From the NCBI GenBank assembly GCA_044892525.1, contig CM097885.1, positions 19,842,001 through 19,906,000 on the forward strand: a DNA stretch of 64,000 bases, given 5' to 3'. Both the position numbers and the translations under genes were made by a program. Source of the stretch: Schmidtea polychroa (lineage: Eukaryota). Position 1 is the first letter of the stretch; each line of letters opens with the position of its first letter. A model generated the notes under the pieces. That model was not told the DNA's origin and did no database searches. It worked only from the letters and a program-made list of their open reading frames with translations. This document shows, piece after piece, positions 1-11,905 of the stretch.

Positions 1-184
1 ATTTTAATATCTTAATACGATAAACTTCCCATACACTATAGATGGGTTGAAACATCACCTAGGGTGTGGAAGAACGTTTTTTCGAGATTTTTTAATTTAT
101 TAATTTAATTTAAATAAAAATTATTATTAACCCCACGTTCTAACGGGGTTGGTGAAGCGAAGCGAACAGGGGCGGAGCCCCTAG
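1..184 (+). mobile_element. Helitron-like 3' terminus (subterminal hairpin + CTAG)
   Basis: GGGGC-GGA-GCCCC hairpin running into CTAG (181-184), followed by T; second hairpin AACCCC..GGGGTT at ~129-150. Confidence 0.55.
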
Positions 185-194
185 TAATATTAAT

Positions 195-384
<190 letters not shown>

Positions 385-439
385 TTATGGTGAAAAATAT
401 TTTTTTACGGATGTCTAACATTAAAATAATATATAAAAA

Positions 440-605
440 TTACAAGCTTTGTGATACCCAATGCAAATCCCAATAGTATACTAGTTCTTTTGGCTTTCAT
501 CAGTGCTATTCAGGAGACGCGAAGATTTCTCTTTGCTTTAAGTAAATATACAATATTGCTGATTCGACTCTATTGCATATTTTCCCTGGTACACTGGTAT
601 ATTGC
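440..605 (-). mobile_element. Penelope-type pseudo-LTR fragment with degenerate hammerhead
   Basis: Reverse-complement homolog of ~17745-17905; the hammerhead core has lost part of stem II/GAAA. Confidence 0.6.
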
Positions 606-1490
606 AAAAAAAATGTTTTTGATACTCACGAATTTTCAGCACTGCATTTTTCAAGTGAATTTCCGTTCAAGAAAAATGGAACTCATATATTTAAACCAAA
701 AGAAATTAAATTTAAAAAATCACTTCATTTAAACAAAAAATTAAAATTTTTAAAAATGTCAAGTAATCTTGTCTTATGCATTTTTTTCGGGTCATTGTTT
801 TATGATGTCAATCCTATCATATTTAGATTTATTACATTTTATTTTTTATTTAAAAAAATTCAAATAATATTTTTAAACAAATTTTTTGAGAATAACTTTC
901 ATGCAAATATTAAATTTTCATATAATTTTACAATTAAAATATTCCAGAAATATTTCATTTTGAGATTTCATATATTTTACAAATAATGTAATTTTAAATC
1001 TTTTGCAATCAAATTGTCAATTTTTATACAAAAACAATCAGTTGGACATCATAAATAGCGGAAATTTTGGCCTGAATCGACTAAATTAGTTTCGAAATCA
1101 AAGACTTTGTAAAGAATATCAGGTTCATAAAACATTAAATAATTGAGTTTAAGAATAGTTTATCTAGATCAGTGGTTCTCAAGTGTGGCCACGGTGGCCA
1201 CATGCAGCCACCAAAAAATATTTCATAGTAAATATTGATATTTAAAACAAATACAAATTAATTTATAAATTTTAAATTTATTGAATTCACAAGATTTTTC
1301 CAGAATTTTGTCTAGTTGTTTAAATTTTGTAATCGGGTTAATTTTATGGCGAGGGACTATTCAAACATATTCGGTTAAGAGAGTAAGTAAAGTTTTGACT
1401 GTTTTTTTTGATAATATTTGGAAGCATGTGTATATTATTGTATTTTGTATTTTTCTAATTTTAAAGGTAAATTGATATAACCCTGTCAAA

Positions 1491-3370
1491 ATGGATATAA
1501 GATTTTTTTATCAAAAAAGAAAAAAAAAGGATGAAAGTGAAGCAGGACCCAGCAAAGATGTTAACACCAGTGATGCGAATACTTTGAAAATATTAAATCT
1601 AACTAAGCGAAGTCGTACTTTTCGGGAAGAGAAAAGAAAGTTTCATAAAGAATGGGAAGATATGTATTTGATTGTGCAAAATGAGAATGTACAAGACCAC
1701 ATAGTTGCCGTTTGCGTGATTTGCAAAACTGAAATTAATCAAATTAAATAATATGCTATGGAACGGGCATTATAAGAATCATAAAGATGAAGTACAACAA
1801 AAATGGCCCACCCCAAGTTTACGAAGAAATTTAATAGAAAAATTTAGCACTGAACTTATTTTACAAAGAAAAGTAATAAGTACTTTTTAACACAAAATGA
1901 TTATTTCTATCTGGGATCTCTCAAAGTTAGTTATTTAATCGGAAAACATCGAAAGCCTTTCACAGAAGGTGAATTTATAAAATCTGTAGTTTTGGGAGTT
2001 GATCCTCAAAATAAACTATTTCGTAATTTGTCGCTAAGTAATGATACAGTTCAAAGAAGAATTAAAGAACTAGGAAAGTTCATAGGACTTGAAATAAGCA
2101 GATCCCTCAATAAAGTCCATTTTATAGTTTATGTTTGGACGAAAGTAATGATGTGACAAAAACCAACCAAATTTTAGTATTTGCAAGATATTTCGATGTT
2201 GAAAAAAGTGAATTTATTGAAAATTTATTGTGCCAGGCGCCATTGACAGATCGTCCGAATACAACTAATATTTATAATACAATTAAAGCGGACATGGTAA
2301 AGTTAAACGTATCAACGCACAACTTGTGTGCTGTAACGGCCGATGAAGCTGCGGTTATGAAGAGCGAAAGAAAAGGCGTATTGAATTCGTTCAACGAAGA
2401 CTCTGAAAATGAAATATTTCGTATGCATTGTATTGTGCATTAAGAAGTGTTAGTTAGCAAAACTGTTGTTAAATGTATGGAAGATGTAGAATTAACAGTA
2501 AGAAAAGTATTAAATGCAATTAATACCAGTAATAAATTATCGAACATATTTAGGTCCATTTGTGAAATCAACGACGAAAAACATAATGTGTTACTTAATT
2601 ATAACCACGTTAAATGGCTAAGTTTCGATAGTAGCGTTCAACGACTTTGTGAATTATATGATTATGTTACATCCACTTTGGCCGTAAACCATAAAGATTT
2701 AAGTGAAAAGCTTCAAAATAATTACATAAAAGGATCAATTTTATTCCTAAAGGATTGTTGCCACGTATTAGTTCAATTAATAAACAATTGCAAAGAAGAA
2801 ACTTAATAATAATAGAAAGCGTGTTAATTATAGATAAATTAAAAAACACCGCAAAAAGCCTTGTGACAGAAGTTGAAAACGACAATTTTTCGATTCTATT
2901 TTCTCTTAGTGATTTCCTAGATCAGGGGTCCTCAAACTGTTTTTAATAGGGACCCAGAAACCAGAAACTTGGTGACCCAATACAAAATTTTTTCCTTCTT
3001 TTGCAATCAACTTTATATTTACCAACTCCGACTAAAATTATTTGTGATCGCTAGATCGCGTTTTATATGGTGCAAATCGCAAATTAAAACTAGTAAACTA
3101 ATGCTCTCGTTTTGTTTGTAGCAGATTAAAAAGTCTGTGACGTAGTTTGTTTCATTTTTTTACAAATAGCATCCTCGCGACCCACCTGGGAAGTTTCCAC
3201 GACCCACATGCGGGTCGCGACCCATGGTTTGAGAATAGATGACCTAGATAACTTAGCAGACACGACTTCGAAATGAAAATTAAAGCATAAAATAATACAG
3301 AGTCTTCAATTATTAAATTTTGAACTTGATAAAAGATTCGAAGAATTGAATTTCTTAAAAACTGTTTCTT
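1491..3370 (+). pseudogene. hAT transposase pseudogene, N-terminal part (GTF2IRD2/ZBED5-like)
   Basis: RKFHKEWE..CVIC, LDESND..QILVFARY, TADEAAVM, HCIVH, VKWLS motifs; multiple stops and frameshifts; resumes after 14790 (FW..YKELA) and 15990 (CERSF). Confidence 0.8.
2923..3241. mobile_element. hAT-family MITE nested in the transposase
   Basis: Imperfect TIRs CAGGGGTCCTCAAAC / GTTTGAGAATAGATG; TSD TCCTAGAT/ACCTAGAT; GCGACCC subterminal motifs. Confidence 0.65.
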
Positions 3371-3790
3371 AGTAGGTAGATAGTAGCGTACCGCAGCAAC
3401 CCCCCCCCAGGGGGGGGGGGGGGGGGTTTCTGCTGCAACTTTTGATTACGCAATTTTTCAGACTATAGTGAGGGGGTCTCGATGGTCCTGGGATTTTCAA
3501 TACAAAAAAAATTTTTCAATACAAAAACGATGGTCCTGGGATTTTCAATACAAAAAAAATTTTTCAATACAAAAATCCGACTATCAATAAAAAAGTCAAG
3601 GATTTTTCAGACTATAGTGAGGGGGTCTCGATGGTCCTGGGATTTTCAATACAAAAAAAAAAATTTTTCAATACAAAAATCCGACTATCAATAAAAAAGT
3701 CAAGGATTTATCAGACTATAGTGAGGGCGTCTCGATGGTCCTCGGATTTTCAATACAAATAAAATTTTTTCAATACAAAAACGATGGTCC

Positions 3791-3995
3791 TGGGATTTTC
3801 AATACAAAAAGCTGGTCTACACTAAAAAAGCATGGTAATTTAAGGTCTCAGGATATTTTCAATACAAAAAGCTGGTCTACACTAAAAAAGCATGGTAATT
3901 TAAGGTCTCAGGATATTTTCAATACAAAAAGCTGGTCTACACTAAAAAAGCATGGTAATTTAAGGTCTCAGGATATTTTCAATACAAAAATCTGG
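3791..3995. repeat. 60-bp tandem repeat (~3.4 copies)
   Basis: Unit containing TTTTCAATACAAAAAGCTGGTCTACACTAAAAAAGCATGG repeated almost identically; left arm only. Confidence 0.9.
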
Positions 3996-4084
3996 TCTAC
4001 ACCAAAAAAGCCAAGGATTTTTCAGACTATAGTGAGGTGAGTCTCCTTGGTCCTGAGAAATATGTGGTCTACACTAAAAACGTG

Positions 4085-5000
4085 GTAAATTTTTCAATTA
4101 AAGTAAATAATGGTTCTAAAAAATTAAATTACAGTAAATAATGGTTCTAAAAATTAAATTACAGTAAATTATGGTTCTAAAAAATTAAATTACAGTAAAT
4201 TATGGCTCAAATTTTTAAATTAAAGTAAATTATGGTTCTAAAAATTAAATTAAAGTAAATTATGGCTCAAATTTTTCAATTACAGTAAATAATGGTTCTA
4301 AAAATTGAATTACAGTAAATAATGGTTCTAAAAATTAAATTAAAGTAAATTATGGTTCTAAAATATTAAATTAAAGTAAATAATGGTCCAGATGTTTCAA
4401 TTAAAGTAAATAATGGTCCAAATTTTAAAATTAAAGTAAATTATGGTCCTAAAAAATTAAATTACAGTAAATTATGGTCCAAATTTTTCTATTACAGTTA
4501 ATTATGGTCCTAAAAAATTAAATTAAAGTAAATTATGGTTCTAAAAATTAAATTAAAGTAAATTATGGCTCAAATTTTTCAATTACAGTAAATAATGGTT
4601 CTAAAAATTGAATTAAAGTAAATTATGGTTCTAAAAATTGAAATTACAGTAAATTATGGTCTAAAAATTAAATTACAGTAAATTATGGTCAAACATTTTA
4701 AATTAAAGTAAATAATGGTCCAAATTTTTCAATTACAGTAAATAATGGTCCTAAAAAATTAAATTACAGTAAATTATGGTTCTAAAAATTAAATTAAAGT
4801 AAATTAAGGTTCTAAAAATTAAATTAAAGTAAATTATGATCTAAATAAGTTAATTAAGGTCCAAATTTTAAAATTAAGTAATCAATGGTAAAAAATTTTA
4901 AATAAGTAAATTAAAGTAATAATTTTTAAATTAAGTAATCAATGGTAAAAAATTTTAAATAAGTAAATTAAAGTAAATTAAAGTAAGATTTTAAAATTTA
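4085..5000. repeat. ~30-bp AT-rich minisatellite
   Basis: ATTA(A/C)AGTAAAT(T/A)ATGGTTCTAAAAATTAA units; partly mirrored at ~14100-14500. Confidence 0.9.
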
Positions 5001-5239
5001 TTAACAAAAAGTTGAAATAATAGAAGGTGTTTGAGAATTGAAATTTTTTAATGAAGATTTTTATGAAATATTTTTCAATGGTAATTTTTTATGGAAATTT
5101 TTATGAAATATTTTTCAATGGTAATTTTTAATGAAAATTTTTATGAAATATTTTTCAATGATAATTTTAGATGGAAATTTTTAAGATAACTTTTAATGAA
5201 AAATTTTATGAAATATTTTTCAAAGACAAATTTTAATAA

Positions 5240-6622
5240 TAATTCAACAACAAACCAACAACTTAGTACCAACAACCAGTAACTTACGAACATGTAGTTA
5301 CAACCAGATACCTACAACTAGTTACTAACAACTAGTTACCTGCTACCAAGTACTTACAACTAGATACCACGTACTAACTAACTCTCAAACAACCAGATAC
5401 TTATAACCAATTACCACCTACCCATTAACTAGCTACAACCAGCTAACTAGGTACTAGATACCAAGTACTAACAACCAGTTACCAACTACTAAGTACCTAC
5501 AACCACCTACCCATTAACTAGCTACCAAGTACTTACAACTAGATACCACGTACTAACTAACTCTCAACCCCCACCTACCCATTAACTAGCTACCAAGTAC
5601 TTACAACTAGATACCACGTACTACCAACCGTCAACAACCAGGTACTAAGCCTTATCAACCTACAACTAGTTACTAACAACCAGTTACCTGATACCAAGTA
5701 CCAACAACCAAAAACATACAACCAACTAGGTACCAGATACCAACTAGCTACCAAGTACTAACAACCAACAACAACCAGGTACTAAGCATTAATTACCAAC
5801 TACTAAGTACCTACAACCTACAACTAGTTACTAACAACCAGTTACCTGATACCAAGTACTAACAACCCACAACAATTAGCTAACAACTAACTACCACCTA
5901 CCAAGTACCTACAACTAGATACTAACAACCAGTTACCCATTAACTAGCTACAACCAGCTAACAGCAACCAACCAACTACCAAGTACTAACAACCAAAAAC
6001 AAGCAACCAACTAGGTACCAAGCATCATCAACTAGATACCAAGTACCTACAACCAACTAGCTACCACCTACCAGTTAACTAGCTACAACCAGCTAACTAG
6101 GTACTAGATACCAAGTACTAACAACCAGTTACCAACTACTAAGCATTAATTACCTACAACTAGTTACTAACAACTAGTTACCTGATAGCAAGTACTTACA
6201 ACTAGATACCACGCACTAACTAACTCTCAAACAACCAGATACTTACAACCAGTTACCAACTACTAACTACCTACAACCACCTACCCATTAACTAGCTACA
6301 ACCAGCTAACTAGGTACTAGATACCAAGTACTAACAACCAGTTACCTGCTACTAAGTACCTACAACCACCTACTAAGTACCAACAACCGACAACAACCAA
6401 GTACTAAGCATTAATTACCACCTACCAAGTACTAACAACTAACTACCACCTACCCATTAACTAGCTACAACCAGCTAACTAGGTACTAGATACCAAGTAC
6501 TAACAACCAACTACCAAGTACCAAGTACTAACAACTAGCTACCACCTACCAAGTACCAACAATCAACTAACAACCAGGTACTAAGCACTGTCAACTAGAT
6601 ACCAAGTACTAACAACCAGATG
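5240..6622. repeat. strand-biased C/A-rich mosaic repeat (mirrored at 12460-13840)
   Basis: Shuffled words CAACTAG, TACCAAGTAC, TAACAACC, CTACCCATTAACTAG; very G-poor on the plus strand. Confidence 0.9.
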
Positions 6623-8415
6623 ACCACGTGAAATTATTAGTTAAATAGGTAAAATAATGTTTAATTTTTAAATTAACTAATCAATGATCTAAAATATTAA
6701 AGTTAAAGTCAATTTAAGATGCAAATCTTCGTCAATTAATCAATGACCACATGAAATTATTGGTTAAATATGAAAATAAGGATTATATTTAGTTGTTTAG
6801 TAAATTATGGTGTAAAATTAAGAAATAAAGAATAATTAGGTAAATTAAGGATAAGTAAATTAAAGTTAAAAATTTTAAATAAGTAAATTAAGGTTCAAAA
6901 TTTTAAATTAAAGGAAACAATGGTTTAAATTTTAAATTAAAGCTAAATGAGTAAATTAAAGTAATAATTTTTAAATAAGTAATGTAATAAGTAAATTAAA
7001 CTAAAATTTTTAAATTTATTAACAAAAAATAGAAGGTGTTTGAGAATTGAAAGTTTTTAATGAAAATTTTTATGAAATAATTTTTAGGATAATTTTTATT
7101 TAAAAAAGAAATTAATTTATTACCAGTTATATACTTTAAAACTTTTTTATGGAATAAGACAAAAATTTTGTTGTATAAGTCCTTTAATATTGTAATAATT
7201 ATTTATTAATAAATTTATTATTCTACACTAAATATTTCAAAAACAATTATCATATTATTAATTATATTACTCCTTTCAATAAAAATAAGATAAATATTCA
7301 AATAAATGACTTATAAAATACAATTAAAATTAAATTCTTTACACTAAATTTAAAAATATAAGTTTTATAAGAAAATGTGAATAAGAAATTGATTTATTAA
7401 CAGTTATAGACTTCTTAAACTTAATGATGAAATTAGGTAATAGAAAGTAATTTTTCTTTTTAAAAAGTCCTTTAATATTGTATTCTATTCATTATTAAAT
7501 TTACTATTTTACACTAAAATATTTTAATTTAGAAAAAAAAAATCATCATAATATTGAATATAATACTTCAATCAAAATAAGTTAATACTCAAATATATGT
7601 CTTATAAAATACAATCAAAATTAAATATTTCACTAAATTTTAAGTAAAGTTTTTTAAATTCTCAAATAAATGTTAACACGATATTAATTTATTAATCATT
7701 ATATACTTTTTAAACTTATTATTGGAATAAAACAATAGAATGATATTGAAAATATATACAATTTAAAAATACAATAAAAATTAAATTACATACTAGGTAA
7801 AATGTTGGTAAAATCCCGTTCACAGCTTGTTATGCAATAAACTAGTCATGGCTTGTTACGTAATAAAATAGTTTAAATTACATATCCTTCTCACTTATAT
7901 TCCACCGATTCTCATTATCCCACTATTTAATCTCCTATATTCCCCCGATTTCCACTATTTAATCATTTGTATTCCCTAGAATTTCCATTAATTATTCACT
8001 TATATTCCCCGATTCTCTATTTTCCATTAATTAATCACTAATATCCCCCCGATTTTGATTAATTATTCCCCACAAATATTTGTTTTAAAAGTTTTTTTTA
8101 TTAAATTTATGAATTTTATGAAATAATTTTAAATAAATTCAATATATTTACATTTTTATCAACCTTCTTCTTATCTATGCCACTTCTCATTATTTACCTC
8201 CATTAATGAATTATTCTACCAATTATTTTCACCCATTTGAATTTATCATCGAGTAATGAATAATTTCCTCACTTTAATGATTCTTACCACCTTCATTGTT
8301 AATTTTATCAAAGTTTAAAGAATATTTCTCTTTACATTGCTTACCACTTTAGATTTTTTATCGAAATTTATGATAATTTGACTAATTCAATGAAAAATGA
8401 GTTAATTAATATATA

Positions 8416-11400
8416 CTCTGAGTTTATCCGACAAAATATTCTGTCCCCCTATGGGTATTGCTCACAAGGGTACTACTCACATTCAACATGTCGCAAGGGT
8501 ATTAGTCGTAAAGGTATTTAATGTTTTTATTTGAATGATTATTTAGGCAAATTTGATGTTTAAGGCATTGATAATTTTTAGAGTTGATGGTTTTATTCAA
8601 GTAAATTTCTATCTTTTTTGTGAATTTCTATCATTTTTATGAATTTCTATCATTTTTATGAATTTCTATTATTCTTGTGGATTTTTATCATTCTTGTGAA
8701 TTTCTATCATTCTTGTGAATTTTTATCGTTTTTTGTGAATTTTTATCAATTTTGTGAATTTCTATTATTTTTGTGAATTTCTATTATTTTTGTGAATTTC
8801 TATTATTTTTGTGAATTTTTATCGTTTTTTGTGAATTTCATGTTTATTGAATGAATATTTAAAGTTAGTTCTATGATAAATTTAATTAATTTCTTGATAA
8901 TTAGTTGTATTTTATTGAATAGTTTTTAAATAAAAATTAATTTCATTGACAATTAGGTTAATAATTAAGTGATTTTTGATGATAACTTTGTAATGTATTT
9001 GACTAAATAATGTTTTCAATATTTTTCTAAGAATATTTACTCATTGATGAACTTTAAAAAACATAAGCTAAGAAACCAGTTAACTTACTTGAAAATGATT
9101 GTAGTTTGCTATTATTGCTTGAAAATGATTGGTTGAATCGATGAAGAATTATGATCAATCAATATATATCATCTCCAGTATTTGATGGTAAATATTTGTA
9201 GAAAATATTGATTTTTGATCTTTTAGTGAACTCTTACTACATAGCTACTAAATTATTTCAATGGAAGAATATTTGGTGTCTATAACAATTAAGTCATATT
9301 TTTGAAGTTCTTTAAAGATTTTAAGACTGAATTGAATTAAAGGAGGATTCAAGTGGGTAGAATTGAAGGATATATTCGGTTAGATGTTTAAAAGGGTAGA
9401 AATATTTGCTGAGAGATCGGTTAAGATGGGATATTGTTGGTTAGATTTAATGAGAGGTCGGTTAAGATGGGGAAAATATGATCTTTTAAGGGGATATAGT
9501 CGGTTAGATTTAATGTGAGATGGGTTAAGATGGGAATATATTATTGTGAGGGAGATATAGTCGGTTGCTTTTAATGAGGGAAGGGTTTCGATGGGAATAT
9601 ATGATTTTTTAAGGGTGATGTTGGTAAAATATCAATGTTTTTTAAGGAAATTGCAATACATTAGTCAGTTATGAATCAATAATAATTATATCGTTTTATT
9701 AGGTTGTGATTAATGCATAGTAAATTATTTTAGAACAATGTTTTATTAAGTAGGGATAATGATCGATTTACTTGGTTTTGACGATGAAAACTTTACAGAT
9801 AATTGGGATTGATATCAACTTTAAATTATTTTTATCTTTATTTAGACGGACAACGACAAAAGTTGAGAAATATTGATTTAAAACATCGACAACTAAATAA
9901 AATTGATCTTTATTGGAAGAAATCTTGATTTTAATTAGTAATTAAATCGGTTGAATATCGGTAAAATGATCATTTGAAGAAATATATTTTATTGAATGGA
10001 TAAATTTAATCTTTCAATGGGACCTAGTCAGTTATATTTATTTTAAATTTCGAGTACAGTGATTTACAAAAATTTACAGTGATTAACAAAAATTTTATTA
10101 TAACCGGTTTTGTCATTAGATTTTATAAATTCTTTAGGGTTAATGATTTTACATGTTTTATAAGGAAATATTCGTGATAATAGGAATTAAAGTTAGAATT
10201 ATAGTCATTTAAAGGGATTTTAAGCAATCTTATTAGTCAGAGGTAAATATATAACCTTTTAAGGATATTTATCGATAAAATACTAATCTTTAAAGATATA
10301 GTTATTTCAGGGAAATTTGATGCTTTTTAGATGATTTTAGTGAAATATTTGTAATAATACGAATTAAGGGTAGAAATATAGTCATTTGAGGGATTTTAAG
10401 GAATCTTGTTAGTTCGAGGTGAATATATGATCTTTAACAAGTACTTATCGATAAGATACCAATCTTTAAATATTGATATATTTCAGGGAAAATGATTCTT
10501 TTTAGATGATTTTATTAGAGAATTCGCTTGAATATACCAATTATTTAAATGAATTTACTGGTTTATTAGATGTTATCATTAGTTATCTAGTCTCTTTTGG
10601 AATTTAATGATAATTATTTTTATTGTAGATTGCTGACTTTGATAATTTTAATGAATTCATACTGATTTTTTGAATATATTGAGGAATTAGTAAATAGATT
10701 TGAGTACATGTATTACTTTTAAAAAAATAGTTAAAATTAATTTTATTTCAAATAATTTATTCAATCTAAATCAATTATCTACTAGATCTTATCTTATTAA
10801 TTTATTATCTTAGTTGATTCAACTTGAATGATCAGCATTTTTTTTTATTTATTGGATGATTAGAATTTTTTCTTGTCCATTAATTAAATTTTTATGATAT
10901 TTATTTCGAATAATTTAAATTTTTTACAATAATTTAATCAATTTTTATCAAGTTATTGATGCCTTGAGTTCAATTAATTTTCCATCTAATTTTTCAAGTG
11001 ATGAGTATTTGCTTTTAAAGATCAATTTGTTAGTACATAGTTGTTGGTTGTAAGTAGTTGGTTGACTTTTTAGATTTTGATAAGAAAATAGTGTATGTGA
11101 TGAAGAGTATTTTGTATTTAATTGCTATTATTTTTATGTGTGGTTAGTTGATTGTTGGTACTAAGTTGTTGGTATCTTGTATATGGTAGTTGGTACAGTG
11201 TTGTTTATTGATTGTTGTTATATAGTTGTAGGTTGATATTTGTTAATTTCTCGATGGGTTTTGATGGTGGTTGTTAGTAGTTGGTATCAGGTAACTGGTT
11301 GTTAGTACTTAGTAGCTAGTTAATGGGTAGGTTGTGGTTGAGTGTTACCAATACCCCTAGGACTAGTACCTTGACGACCAGTACCCTTGCGACCAGTACC

Positions 11401-11453
11401 CTTACGACCTGTACCCTTAGGGGGTCAAAACATCCTGTCGGATAAACTCAGAG
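8416..11453. mobile_element. nested ~3-kb TIR element, non-coding
   Basis: CTCTGAGTTTATCCGACA (8416) / TGTCGGATAAACTCAGAG (to 11453), flanked by TATA; ~15-bp GTCGCAAGGGTACT-like subterminal repeats in inverted orientation at both ends. Confidence 0.65.
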
Positions 11454-11874
11454 TATATATAATAAAACTGATCAACAATAAGTATTTATTGAATGCAATT
11501 TTTACATTGCAATAATAAGTCAGTAGTTATCATTTAAAAGAAGAATGTTTTGTAAATTAGAATTCATTAGTCTTTCATTGTAATTTAAATTATTTTGAAT
11601 TTCACGTGGTGATGAGTTGTGGTTTTTTGATGAAAATCAACATTTTTGTTAAATTTGAAAAGGTTTTTCTAATGATTTTAATTAAATATATTTTTGTAGA
11701 TAGATAAAAAATTAATTTAAAAAGCATTTCATAAAATACAGTGAAGAATATTTAGTAGTTAGTTGTAAGTATCTGGTTGTTTGAGAGTTAGTTAGTACGT
11801 GGTATCATGTTGTAAGTATTTGTTAGCACCTAGTTAAAAATATTTAGTAACCGATTGTTGGTAACTGTTGAATT

Positions 11875-11905
<31 letters not shown>

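Noticed and set aside
3455..4040. ORFs 3482-3694 and 3735-4040, and the CRISPR-like look of the repeats
   Set aside because: Contiguous tandem repeats with no unique spacers and no cas genes, in a eukaryotic context; the ORFs are repeat translations.
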